DNA from: a virus
Virus record (IMG/VR): IMGVR_UViG_3300022562_000520
Span: 36,294-100,293 of that record
Length of the DNA stretch: 64,000 nucleotides
Strand: one strand, 5' to 3'
The position numbers were made by a program, and so were the translations under genes. How positions within the stretch are numbered: position 1 is the stretch's first letter; the number at the start of each line of letters is the position of its first letter. Positions 20,463-29,937 of the stretch are shown piece after piece. The notes beneath the pieces were generated by a model. That model had not been told where the DNA came from. It ran no database searches and saw only the letters and a program-made list of their open reading frames with translations.

Positions 20463-20770
20463 GTCGGTGTACGGTGCCCAACTTGAAGCGTAAGCTATTG
20501 CGGCTAGTCCATCGTTAGATGAATATCATTAAAAGGTAGAAATCAGATATGCTGCGGTATTCCAGATTTCACACGTTATGGTGGTAGTTTTCCACTAGGT
20601 AGCCGTGACCCCTTCGGACATTGACCTTGGTTTTTATAACCTAAACGAGGGAAGGGGATAATTTATCCAACAATTAGACATAAAATAAAACAAGCCAGCG
20701 CATATATGGCAAGCGATAGCGCAGACATATATGGCTCGGCTTCACCAAGTGCGCAGCACGTAGGTGGACC
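20463..20770 (+). ncRNA. Putative structured non-coding RNA or cis element
   Basis: Longest intergenic stretch in the window and GC-richer than its flanks. Contains several nested stems with G-U pairs, e.g. CCCCTTC 20609-15 with GAAGGGG 20651-57. Confidence 0.45.
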
Positions 20771-20778
20771 TGGAAAAC

Positions 20779-20807
20779 TTGCTTTTAATCAATTGCTGTG
20801 ATAAACT
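20779..20807 (+). promoter_or_regulatory. Sigma70-type promoter for the helicase
   Basis: TTGCTT, 17 bp ending in TGA (extended -10 TGn), TAAACT; ATG 7 nt downstream. Confidence 0.6.
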
Positions 20808-20814
20808 TGTACAG

Positions 20815-22416
20815 ATGGATAATAATAACAATAAAATTTTAGAAAGTTGGGCTACACCTGAATTAATCCCACGTGAAAACCAAAAGATAGCTCTTGAATG
20901 GCTTGCACAACAAGATTCCAAATATCTCATACTTGAACTACCTGTTGGTTCAGGTAAATCAATTTTAGGTCTTACCCTTTCAAAATACCTAGACGGAGGT
21001 TTAGGTAGTTCATTCGTATTAACACCACAACGTATACTTCAAGACCAATATGAAAATGACTTCGAACATTATGGAAGAAAATTTCTCGCTTCTCTACATG
21101 GAAAAGGAAATTATAAATGTAAATCTAAGGGAACATCATGTAACGTTGGTACATTAGTTAAACCAAGATGTGAAGATTGTCCTTTTGCGAATGCAAAAAA
21201 AGAAGCACAAAGTTCAGCGAATACTGTACTCAATTATAAACTTGCTTTAACGTCTTTTACATATACTGAAGTATTTAAAAAACGCCATTTAATGGTCTTA
21301 GATGAAGCACACACTTTAGAAAGGCACTTAGTAGATTTTGACTCAGTAGATATCACGTATGCTATGTGTAAGCGATACGGAATAAATTTTAAAGTACAAA
21401 CAAGTATTGAAGATGCACTCGATTGGGTTAAGGTGTCATATTTACCAAAAATGGAAGAAATCTTGGGTGATATGGAATCAGATTATGAATACCTATATGA
21501 TAAGGCAGGTACAGAAATAACACGCAGTGAACTCAGTAAATTGAAAGAAATTGATGAATTAGCAGATCACGTAGCAGATGTATTACAGATGTCTACACGT
21601 ACTATAGATTATTTAAATGAACATTTTGTGTTGGTACATGATAAAACAATGTTTCAATTTAAACGTCTTCGTGGATCATATTCATTTAAAAAGATCCTAG
21701 AACCTATGGCTAATAGGTTCCTATTCATGTCTTCAACAATATTGAATAAAACTTCATTTTGTTACGACTTAGGTATTGATCCAGATGAAGCTGCTTTTCT
21801 TTCACTTGATTCCGAATTCCCTATTGAAAATAGACCCGTATATTATATGCCTGTTATGAAGATGAATGCTTCATGGAATAAACCCGAACAAGCAGCTGAT
21901 AGAAAACAAATGATTAAACGTATTAAAGATCTATTAGAAATTCACAAGGATGATTCTGGTATTTTACATACAGCTAATTATCAAGTTGCACAATGGTTAG
22001 TTAAAGAATTATCAGATGATATTAACCATGTTATCTATAATCACAATCCCGATGAAAACACAAATAGAAACGAAGCAATACAGGGATTTATTGAAAGTAA
22101 TGTACCTGCTATTTTAATCAGTCCATCATGTACAGAAGGTCTTGATCTTAAAGATGACCTTTCTAGGTTTGCCATTACTGTTAAAACGCCGTTTGGATAT
22201 CTTGGGGATCAATGGATTAAGCGTCGTATGGAAATGTCCAATGAATGGTATCGTCGAAGGGCTATGATAGATATTATTCAAGGTGGTGGGCGTATTGTAC
22301 GTTCAGCTGAAGATACGGGTTCTGTTTACATACTAGATGGAAGTTTTGGATACCTTTATTCACAATCCCTAGGAATGGTTCCCAAATGGTGGAAAGAAGC
22401 CTACCAAGTAATATAA
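20815..22416 (+). CDS. SF2 DinG/Rad3-family DNA helicase
   Basis: ELPVGSGKS (motif I), Cys cluster C-x6-C-x9-C-x2-C, LDEAH, MSST, EGLDLKDD and IIQGGGRIVRS. ATG 20815 preferred over GTG 20764. Confidence 0.88.
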   Translation: MDNNNNKILESWATPELIPRENQKIALEWLAQQDSKYLILELPVGSGKSILGLTLSKYLDGGLGSSFVLTPQRILQDQYENDFEHYGRKFLASLHGKGNYKCKSKGTSCNVGTLVKPRCEDCPFANAKKEAQSSANTVLNYKLALTSFTYTEVFKKRHLMVLDEAHTLERHLVDFDSVDITYAMCKRYGINFKVQTSIEDALDWVKVSYLPKMEEILGDMESDYEYLYDKAGTEITRSELSKLKEIDELADHVADVLQMSTRTIDYLNEHFVLVHDKTMFQFKRLRGSYSFKKILEPMANRFLFMSSTILNKTSFCYDLGIDPDEAAFLSLDSEFPIENRPVYYMPVMKMNASWNKPEQAADRKQMIKRIKDLLEIHKDDSGILHTANYQVAQWLVKELSDDINHVIYNHNPDENTNRNEAIQGFIESNVPAILISPSCTEGLDLKDDLSRFAITVKTPFGYLGDQWIKRRMEMSNEWYRRRAMIDIIQGGGRIVRSAEDTGSVYILDGSFGYLYSQSLGMVPKWWKEAYQVI

Positions 22417-22444
22417 CCTATTGATTTATTTAAATATTCATTTA

Positions 22445-22490
22445 TTGACTTTTGTAACCTAATTTATTATAATTTATTTAGGTTACAAAA
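22445..22490 (+). promoter_or_regulatory. Sigma70 promoter embedded in a perfect 13-bp inverted repeat
   Basis: TTGACT, 17 bp, TATAAT (22468-73). TTTTGTAACCTAA (22450-62) and TTAGGTTACAAAA (22478-90) flank the -10 box. Confidence 0.8.
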
Positions 22491-22502
22491 TAGGTGAATA
22501 TT

Positions 22503-23021
22503 ATGTACAAAACACGCAAGCTTTTTATATTATTTTTCTTCCTTTGGACGGGTGCACTATTGATTGCAGCCGTTGTACCAAGTTTCAGTTTAGAAAAAAC
22601 TGCCCATAATATATTCACTCCACTTTACGTTGATATTCCAGGCTGGATTTTTGATTCGATGACCAATTATCAAGAACAGATTAGAACCATGGATACTAGT
22701 GCATATAATCCATTTCAAGATTTTTTGTGGTTAGTTTGGTGGTTAAGTATGGTCGCCCTTTCATTAGTTATTCCAGTTTTCTGGTGGGTGGGTATTACAT
22801 TTGCATTCTGGCTTTCAATTTATGCGATAAGCAACAACGCAGGTATATTTCTTATTTCTGGTGAAACTATTCCACCAGCAGGCGCTCGTTATCGGAATCA
22901 TTCTTCGGCAGAAGCTGCCAACTGGTTACATTTACTTAATGGTCGTACGACTATTGATAAAACGTTCGATGCTGAAGTACAAGCAAATGCAATTGCAAGT
23001 GCTTTAAATCGCAAAAAGTAA
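22503..23021 (+). CDS. Membrane protein, early-expressed
   Basis: N-terminal hydrophobic helix plus about two Trp-rich TM segments; has its own sigma70 promoter and AGGTG RBS. Confidence 0.7.
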   Translation: MYKTRKLFILFFFLWTGALLIAAVVPSFSLEKTAHNIFTPLYVDIPGWIFDSMTNYQEQIRTMDTSAYNPFQDFLWLVWWLSMVALSLVIPVFWWVGITFAFWLSIYAISNNAGIFLISGETIPPAGARYRNHSSAEAANWLHLLNGRTTIDKTFDAEVQANAIASALNRKK

Positions 23022-23031
23022 TATAATATAG

Positions 23032-23051
23032 GGCGGGATTTTTATCCCGCC
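23032..23051. terminator. Hairpin terminator between convergent genes
   Basis: GGCGGGAT-TTTT-ATCCCGCC. Confidence 0.7.
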
Positions 23052-23279
23052 TTAATATACTGGATGTGGTGATTTCATTTCCATTTCAAGACGTTTACTT
23101 ACATAATCAAAAGCTATTTCGCGCTCTATATAAGACATACCATATAAAATATGGTCGTATTTCATACCACCCCGCATGAAATAAGTCAGTTGAACTATGC
23201 TGTTAAGTATTGCCTTTGTTTCACCATTTAATCGTCTGTACATTGCCAAAATCTGGTCGGGTGTTCCATTTTTCAGCAT
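23052..23279 (-). CDS. gp51: Baseplate hub assembly catalyst, gp51-like
   Basis: LTYFMRGGMKYDHILYGMSYIEREI resembles gp51. ATG overlaps the gp26 stop (TAATG). Confidence 0.65.
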   Translation of the reverse strand: MLKNGTPDQILAMYRRLNGETKAILNSIVQLTYFMRGGMKYDHILYGMSYIEREIAFDYVSKRLEMEMKSPHPVY

Positions 23280-24133
23280 TACATAAAAAAACTTATGGGG
23301 TTTATTGGGCTTTGGATTTCTATATCCGCGCCACAATCCTTACATTTGGTTTTGAAAGTAAAGTTAGGACCAAAGTCACTAGCTTTTTCTATCGTATTGG
23401 ATAGTGTTGTAATCCAAGTCGCTGGAATTTTACGTATCCATTCATCTATCATGTTACCATCCTCAATGTTATCAACAGAATGAATAATACTTTTGATAAC
23501 AAAAACCGTCATCTCTAGTTCTTTTTCTGGTGTCAATCCTTCAGGATTTGAATCCTGATACATTTTTATAACATCTTTAAATTTAGAAGGATGTAATTTT
23601 ACTTTTTGCCCGTTTGGTAATTTGGTTGTGTATGTGTTACCAACGGTTGTAGGGTCTATCTTTTTAGATTTTTGTAAAAAGTGTGGAATATTCACCGTGT
23701 ATGGATGGTTTTTAGCATCTTTACAGTTGTGCATATATCTAATTTCCATTTCATCACCATAAGTTACTTGACGTAAACAAACTAGTAAGAAATCCACATC
23801 TTTAGATAATAGTTCTGTTGGTTTCACCACCTGTGGAATACAACGCAGAAATACCTTATGAACGGCTTCCCCTGAGAACAAAGCATCGGGTGTTTTCATA
23901 AGAATTTCATCATATGCACTCATGGGGTGAATATGTACTTCCCCATCCTGAACATCTTCACGCAATTCGCCATTATTATAGAAAATACCACGGGATGGTA
24001 ATTGAAAAGTACTACCCGGCAGTTCAACTCTTGATAATAATGGATTAACAACGGTCTGATTTGTGAATGGTGGCTGCATACCAACATCCGTTTTCGGCTG
24101 ATCGCCTACTATAGGTTTTTCATTATCTGACAT
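23279..24133 (-). CDS. gp26: Baseplate hub assembly chaperone, gp26-like
   Basis: LPSRG, PMSAYDEILMKTPDALFSGEA, DVDFLLVCLRQVTYG, CKDC and C-terminal SFF. Confidence 0.85.
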   Translation of the reverse strand: MSDNEKPIVGDQPKTDVGMQPPFTNQTVVNPLLSRVELPGSTFQLPSRGIFYNNGELREDVQDGEVHIHPMSAYDEILMKTPDALFSGEAVHKVFLRCIPQVVKPTELLSKDVDFLLVCLRQVTYGDEMEIRYMHNCKDAKNHPYTVNIPHFLQKSKKIDPTTVGNTYTTKLPNGQKVKLHPSKFKDVIKMYQDSNPEGLTPEKELEMTVFVIKSIIHSVDNIEDGNMIDEWIRKIPATWITTLSNTIEKASDFGPNFTFKTKCKDCGADIEIQSPINPISFFM

Positions 24134-24159
24134 ATATCTTCTCCATATAACGTATTTTC

Positions 24160-24213
24160 TATTTATACAAGTATTTATACCTGAAAATTGTGTAAATCCT
24201 TAATGTATAAATA
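24160..24213. promoter_or_regulatory. Divergent T4-type late promoters
   Basis: TATAAATA on the minus strand at 24160-67 and 24172-79, and on the plus strand at 24206-13. Confidence 0.75.
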
Positions 24214-24242
24214 GATAAGACACATAATTAGGTTTTTATTAT

Positions 24243-26534
24243 ATGGATGATAATCAAATTCTTGAAACATTAGCACGTTTAGTTGCCAACCAATCTGGTT
24301 TTGCGGGTCGCGCCGTAGCAGATAGAATAGGTTCGGGCGGCGGTAGTGATGCCAAAGCATATAAAATGCGTGACGACGCAGATAGGAACTTTGATGCAAG
24401 TGTAAAAAGATATGAAGCTGCCACTAAAGGTATGAAATATACTACAGATGTTTTTACCAAAAAATTAGGTGAAACGTTTGCACGATCTGAATCAAGTTTG
24501 GTTCGTGGACTTTCAAATAGTGTTAAAACCCTCGAAGATGCCCTTCGCTTTAAAGATCAGGCAACTGCCATGGATGCCGTTGTTAAACAATTACAATCGC
24601 TTGATCGTACACATTATGAAAATCGTGAAGAACTAGAAGAGCACTTTGCTGAAGTAAGTAAAATGGCAGATAAAGCTGGCTGGGCACTTGAAGATATGGG
24701 TGTTCAGATAACCCGTTCTTGGAATGTACAAACACAACAGTACCAATATTTTATTAATAACCAACAGCGCGTTACTGAAAGATTAACAGAACAAACAAAA
24801 GAACTTACAGATGCGTTTGAAGAAGCCGAATTTGAAACTAAGAAACATACAGATAGAGTAGAGTACGCCAAAGAAAAAGTAGGTAAGTTTGGTGAAGTCT
24901 TAAAACATACTGCTAAAGAATTTATGAAATTTGCGGAACAAGAACAACGTTTTGCACAACAAACCGCAACGGCAGACGCTGGTTGGATTGAAGGTATTAA
25001 AGAAATGGGTATATCCCAACTTGCCTACATGAAAATCTTAAAAGATACTAGACATGTTAATTTGGCTATGAATACTTCTGGTGTTGACTTTAAGAAGTCG
25101 TTAATAGAATCCCAAAAATCATTACGCGGTTTAACTACTAACTATGAAGAAGCTGCCAAAGTTTCTGGTATGTTTCATAAGAACATGGCTCGCATTGGTG
25201 TATCACAAGACCAATTAGGTGATGCTGTTCTTCAACAAACAAAAATTTATGAAGATAATTATCGTGCATTGGGTTATACCGCAGAAGAATTCGCCAATTT
25301 AACAAATGAACTAATCAATGATCAAGGTATGCGCGACGTTCTCTTAACTTTACAAGAAAAGGAACGTAAGGCATATGTATTAGGCATTCAACAAAGAATG
25401 GCTGAATATCAAACCATGGGATATACCATCGACCGTGCTAAAGAATTACAAAAAACATTCCAAAATTTAGTAGGAATGGACCCACGTGAACGTATGAAGC
25501 AAGCTGCTAAAAAGCGTGCTATGATGGGCGCAATGGGAATGGGCAGTGAAGCTACTGAATTGTTTAATCTCGAAGTACAATATAGAACCATGACAGCAGA
25601 TCAAAAGAAAGATGCTGATATACGTATGGCACAAATACAATCAGATGCTGCAAAAACTTTTGGTGAAATGTCTGGTGCTGGTTCTTCTTTGGGTCAATCT
25701 ATGGCAATGCAAGTTATGGCATCAAAAACAGGATTTGATCAAGTAGCAAGAACATTTGAAACTGAGTCTGGCCAAGGATTGGTTATTGATAAAGCGCAAT
25801 TGGAAAAAACTAATGAAATAAGTACCACCGCTAAAAATATTTTAGGTGCTATGGATTATTGGGGTGCCGCATCTAATAGCGCAATAGGAAGTCTTGCTAC
25901 TAACCTAATTACAGGTATTGGTGGAATTGTATTAGGAATGGCAGGTAAAAATATGTTAGGCAGTATTTTTAGCAAGCTTGGTATGAGTGGATTAGGTAGT
26001 ATGTTTGGAATGGGCGGTGCAGGCGCAGGCGGTGGAATGTTAGGTGGTGCTGGTGGAATGTTAGCACGTGCGGGTGGTGTAGGTCTTGCTGGTGCCGCAG
26101 GATATGGTGTAGGTACATTAATTAATAATAATTTGGGTGAAGATACTAAAGAGACTATTAGTGATGTTGTAGGAACGGCGGTAGATAGTGTTTTAAGTTT
26201 TTTTGGTAGTGATGAAGCACAAAAACGTTTAGATACTAAAGCATTTGCAGATTATTATGCGGCTGAAGGCGGCTCTTCCTCTAGAAAAACAGCAGCGAAA
26301 CAAGAATCTGAGAAGATGCGAGTTGATAAAGACGAGCAAACTGAAAAAATGATGAAAATGCAGCTTCAGCGCGATGAAGATATTAGTATGATATTACAAA
26401 AAATCGATGAACATTTAAAAATGGTTAATATGCAAAATACCGAACAGGCTAAAGCGGTTTCTGAAACTGGTAAAGCTATAAATGATCAAGTGCGAAGAAG
26501 CAATTTTAAAGGTAAACGACCATCAACAATGTAA
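24243..26534 (+). CDS. Tape measure protein
   Basis: 763 aa, helical and Ala/Met/Gln-rich, with a Gly-rich hydrophobic segment. Lies between gp26 and portal. Confidence 0.7.
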   Translation: MDDNQILETLARLVANQSGFAGRAVADRIGSGGGSDAKAYKMRDDADRNFDASVKRYEAATKGMKYTTDVFTKKLGETFARSESSLVRGLSNSVKTLEDALRFKDQATAMDAVVKQLQSLDRTHYENREELEEHFAEVSKMADKAGWALEDMGVQITRSWNVQTQQYQYFINNQQRVTERLTEQTKELTDAFEEAEFETKKHTDRVEYAKEKVGKFGEVLKHTAKEFMKFAEQEQRFAQQTATADAGWIEGIKEMGISQLAYMKILKDTRHVNLAMNTSGVDFKKSLIESQKSLRGLTTNYEEAAKVSGMFHKNMARIGVSQDQLGDAVLQQTKIYEDNYRALGYTAEEFANLTNELINDQGMRDVLLTLQEKERKAYVLGIQQRMAEYQTMGYTIDRAKELQKTFQNLVGMDPRERMKQAAKKRAMMGAMGMGSEATELFNLEVQYRTMTADQKKDADIRMAQIQSDAAKTFGEMSGAGSSLGQSMAMQVMASKTGFDQVARTFETESGQGLVIDKAQLEKTNEISTTAKNILGAMDYWGAASNSAIGSLATNLITGIGGIVLGMAGKNMLGSIFSKLGMSGLGSMFGMGGAGAGGGMLGGAGGMLARAGGVGLAGAAGYGVGTLINNNLGEDTKETISDVVGTAVDSVLSFFGSDEAQKRLDTKAFADYYAAEGGSSSRKTAAKQESEKMRVDKDEQTEKMMKMQLQRDEDISMILQKIDEHLKMVNMQNTEQAKAVSETGKAINDQVRRSNFKGKRPSTM

Positions 26535-26566
26535 CCCTTTCGTATAGTTAGCCCATTTTTGATGCT

Positions 26567-26574
26567 TATAAATA
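26567..26574 (+). promoter_or_regulatory. Late promoter for portal
   Basis: TATAAATA. Confidence 0.75.
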
Positions 26575-26606
26575 CACTAACATATAACAACTAAAAGAAA
26601 ATTAAT

Positions 26607-28253
26607 ATGACGACAGCAAAATGGACAGGATATTTTAAGGTTGTAACCCCACAACCTACCAGTGTAAAAATGACCGATAGCCAGGAAATGGCTGACGCAG
26701 GTGCATATAATAATTACACATGGTACCAAAGGTTAGTCCAAGGTTCGGCATCGCGAATGACGCGATATCGCGAATATGACCTTATGGATAATGATATTGA
26801 AGTATCACGCGCCCTTGATACGATAGCCGAAGAAATGACAGGTAATAACCCAAAAACTAAAGAACCATTATTAATTGATATATTAACTGAAGATGAAGAC
26901 AACGTTGAAAGTGTTGCTGTTTTAACATTAAAAGCGGCTCTTCGTCGCTGGGCGCAATTGCATAAATTTCCAAATCGTCTTTATAGTATTGCACGGTTAA
27001 CTATAAAATATGGTGATGTATTTTTTAAAAAGGGTAAAAAAATAAAAGACAGATGGGAATTTATTCATCCTAAGAATGTTATCGCTGCTGTTGTTGATGA
27101 AACTGATGCGACGAAAGTTATAGCATGGCAGATTAAAAAGGATGTTGAAAGACCTAAAGTTGCAGGCTATTCTATGCCAATCGGTGGAAAGCCAAATGGC
27201 AACGGTACAGAAAGTGAAATAATACCAGCGAAAGATATGGTACGTTTCACATTAAGTGATGATATGGCAGATACTCAACCATTTGGTGAATCTGTTCTTC
27301 GTCCTGTTTATCGTTCACACAAACAAAAAGAATTATTAGAAGATGCTGTTATTATTTACCGCGTACAACGTGCACCAGAACGTCGTGTATTTTATATTGA
27401 CGTTGGTAAAATGCCACCGCAACGCGTAAAACAATATCTCGAAGGTATTAAAAATGAGATTAAACAGAAAAAGATTCCAACTATAAATGGTGGACAAAAT
27501 GAAGTTGATTCTGTTTATAATCCACATTCAATGAATGAAGATTTTTTCTTTGCATCACGTCCAGACGGTCGTGGTTCACGGGTCGATACTTTACCTGGTG
27601 GTCAAGGTCTTGGTGAATTGTCAGATTTGGAATATTTTCAACGTAAAGTATGGCGTGGTTTGAAAGTTCCAGTTTCATATATGATTGAACAACAAGAAGG
27701 TGGTCAAATATGGAATGATGGAAAGGTGGGTATTGCATATATCCAAGAACTTAGATTCGCTTTATATATTGAAAGGCTACAAGGTTTTATTGAAGAAACT
27801 TTAGATGCCGAATTTAAAGAATTTTTGCGTAAAACAAATATTCGCATTGATGAATCGATGTATCGTGTAATACTCCCAGAGCCTTCAAACTTTGGTAAAT
27901 ATCGTCAACTTGAACTTGATAGTCAGTTACTTAGTGCATACACAACACCAGATGGTTTAAATTATATGTCTAAGCGATTCGCATTGAAACGCTATTTACA
28001 AATGTCTGATGAAGAATTAATAACCAATGAACGTCTAAAACGTGAAGAATTGGGTATTGATCCAGATAGTAAAGATCCTAAAGATTTGCAATTAATTTAT
28101 GGTACACCTGAAGAAGGTATGCCAATGGGCGGCGCTGGTGCCCTAGGTGGCGGATTCGGTGGTGCAGAATTAGGTATTGGTGGTGAACCAACTGCCGCAG
28201 GCGCTGCTGGCGGAACCCCACCACCAGCGGGTGGTAACACGCCAGGTGTGTAA
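26607..28253 (+). CDS. gp20: Portal protein
   Basis: LLEDAVIIYRVQRAPERRVFYIDVGKMP, EDFFF, TLPGGQGLGELSDLEYF and ELRF. Confidence 0.96.
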   Translation: MTTAKWTGYFKVVTPQPTSVKMTDSQEMADAGAYNNYTWYQRLVQGSASRMTRYREYDLMDNDIEVSRALDTIAEEMTGNNPKTKEPLLIDILTEDEDNVESVAVLTLKAALRRWAQLHKFPNRLYSIARLTIKYGDVFFKKGKKIKDRWEFIHPKNVIAAVVDETDATKVIAWQIKKDVERPKVAGYSMPIGGKPNGNGTESEIIPAKDMVRFTLSDDMADTQPFGESVLRPVYRSHKQKELLEDAVIIYRVQRAPERRVFYIDVGKMPPQRVKQYLEGIKNEIKQKKIPTINGGQNEVDSVYNPHSMNEDFFFASRPDGRGSRVDTLPGGQGLGELSDLEYFQRKVWRGLKVPVSYMIEQQEGGQIWNDGKVGIAYIQELRFALYIERLQGFIEETLDAEFKEFLRKTNIRIDESMYRVILPEPSNFGKYRQLELDSQLLSAYTTPDGLNYMSKRFALKRYLQMSDEELITNERLKREELGIDPDSKDPKDLQLIYGTPEEGMPMGGAGALGGGFGGAELGIGGEPTAAGAAGGTPPPAGGNTPGV

Positions 28254-28298
28254 AAAGTTACATAAATATAATAAATCACATAAATAAAGGAGACACTT

Positions 28299-28475
28299 AT
28301 GTCTAGTGACAAAGAAGCACTTAATAAAATGCTTGATAATTTGATCAATGATAAGGGTGAACAAGCTGAAGTGCATTTTCATGATTATTTACAAGGCAAG
28401 ATGCAAGAAGTAATTCATGGAGATGAACAAGTAGTTGAAGAACCCGATACTACAATTACAAACGATGAGGAATAA
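28299..28475 (+). CDS. Small acidic prohead core protein (gp67-like)
   Basis: Below the ORF-track cutoff. AAGGAG RBS, then MSSDKEALNKMLDNLINDKGEQAEVHFHDYLQGKMQEVIHG...EE (58 aa), directly after portal. Confidence 0.75.
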   Translation: MSSDKEALNKMLDNLINDKGEQAEVHFHDYLQGKMQEVIHGDEQVVEEPDTTITNDEE

Positions 28476-28479
28476 TAAA

Positions 28480-28941
28480 ATGGCTAGGGGTGACAAAAAA
28501 GAACTTACAGCAACTGAAATTAAGAAAGAAGCAATCAGCAAGATGCTTGAATCTCTTATTTCTGGTGATGCTGAAAAAGCTGGTGAACATTTACACGATT
28601 ATCTTCAACTTAAAACTCGTGAAATAATCATGGGTGAAGAAGCAGTTGAAGAAGTTTCTGACGAAGAACTTGAAGAACAAACACGCGACCAAGCATTTGC
28701 AATGTCTGGTAAAGTTATGGATGATAAAGTTAAAGGCGATGTCAAATTCGATAACGGCGGTAAGAAAACAGTCAAGCGTCCAGATGGAAATAAAGATGAT
28801 CCAAACCTTGATATGAACAAAAAAGACAAGGTTAAATTTAAGCACGGCGGTAAACAGCCTGCTAAAGTACTCGAACCAACACCAAAACCAGATCACTTTG
28901 ATGATGGTCGTGACCGCAATCTAGGTACAGCTAAGTCTTAA
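28480..28941 (+). CDS. Prohead core protein, paralogue of the preceding ORF
   Basis: GAGGA RBS; KEAISKMLESLISGDAEKAGEHLHDYLQLKTREIIMG aligns with the 28299 protein. Confidence 0.7.
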   Translation: MARGDKKELTATEIKKEAISKMLESLISGDAEKAGEHLHDYLQLKTREIIMGEEAVEEVSDEELEEQTRDQAFAMSGKVMDDKVKGDVKFDNGGKKTVKRPDGNKDDPNLDMNKKDKVKFKHGGKQPAKVLEPTPKPDHFDDGRDRNLGTAKS

Positions 28942-28968
28942 TTTAACCTATTAAAAAGGGATTTATTT

Positions 28969-29190
28969 ATGTTACTAGAAGAACTTTTACCTGAAAAATG
29001 GGCAAAAGCCGGTAAAATGGATACAGAAGAACGTGGTAAGTATGAGGGTAAAACCCAAGAAGAACTTAAATCCATGCTTAGCAAACTTAAAGCATCTGGT
29101 CCACACAAAAAAGGTAGTGCTGAATACGAAAAGCAAAATGAATTAGAATTTGCGCTTCGTGCTAAGCATAACTTTGGAAAAGTAGAGTAA
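28969..29190 (+). CDS. Small head-internal protein
   Basis: MLLEELLPE N-terminus followed by a basic body; lies in the head operon. Confidence 0.65.
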   Translation: MLLEELLPEKWAKAGKMDTEERGKYEGKTQEELKSMLSKLKASGPHKKGSAEYEKQNELEFALRAKHNFGKVE

Positions 29191-29200
29191 GGAAACAACT

Positions 29201-29836
29201 ATGACACAATTACTATTTGAAGAATTGACACCATCACAAGCTGGCCTTATTAGGGAATCATCCCAAGATGGCCAACATATGTGGCTTAATGGTATTTTCA
29301 TGCAAGGTGGTATAAAGAACCGTAACGGTCGTCTTTATCCAATGAATGAAATCAATGCCGCAGTACAAACGGCCAATCAGCGCATCAAAGAATCAAATGG
29401 TATTTTTGGTGAACTGGATCATCCACAAACATTAACGATTAATCTTGATCGTATTTCACACGTTATTACAGAATTGCGTGTTGAAGGAAGTAATGCAATT
29501 GGTAAAGCAAAATTACTTAATACCCCTATGGGTAATATTGCTAGAGAACTTGCGAATTCTGGTGTTGCACTTGGTGTATCATCGCGTGGTGCTGGTCAAG
29601 TAATGGAAGATGGTGGTGTTCAGGGATTCAATTTTGTAACAGTTGATATTGTTGCACAACCTTCTGCACCGAATGCATATCCAAGTACAGTGGTTGAAGG
29701 TTTAGAATTTGCAAAGAATGGACATAACATTCTTGAGCTTTCTGAAGCTGTAAAACACGATCCAGCCGCTCAAAAATATTTCAAACGTGAAATAGAAAAG
29801 TGGTTGAATACAGGGCTTTTTGCTAAAAGAAAATAA
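29201..29836 (+). CDS. gp21: Prohead protease
   Basis: GIFMQ, KNRNGRLYP, GELDHP, LNTPMG, GVSSRGAG and DIVAQPSAPNAY. Confidence 0.96.
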   Translation: MTQLLFEELTPSQAGLIRESSQDGQHMWLNGIFMQGGIKNRNGRLYPMNEINAAVQTANQRIKESNGIFGELDHPQTLTINLDRISHVITELRVEGSNAIGKAKLLNTPMGNIARELANSGVALGVSSRGAGQVMEDGGVQGFNFVTVDIVAQPSAPNAYPSTVVEGLEFAKNGHNILELSEAVKHDPAAQKYFKREIEKWLNTGLFAKRK

Positions 29837-29898
29837 AAAGTTATAAAAAGTTCAAATATTTTTTAACTTTTATAATACTATAACTTATTGAAACAAAT

Positions 29899-29937
29899 AA
29901 GGATTTTGGTTTTATAGTGAAATCAAAATCCTTTTTT
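29899..29937 (+). terminator. Intrinsic terminator after the protease gene
   Basis: AAGGATTTTGGTTTTA-TAG-TGAAATCAAAATCCTT followed by a T-run. Confidence 0.7.

Noticed and set aside
20400-20750. tmRNA (VNEDNLIA-like peptide, ...TTCACCA)
   Set aside because: No T-loop GTTCRA or tRNA-like acceptor stem; the peptide is simply the end of ORF 20154-20462.
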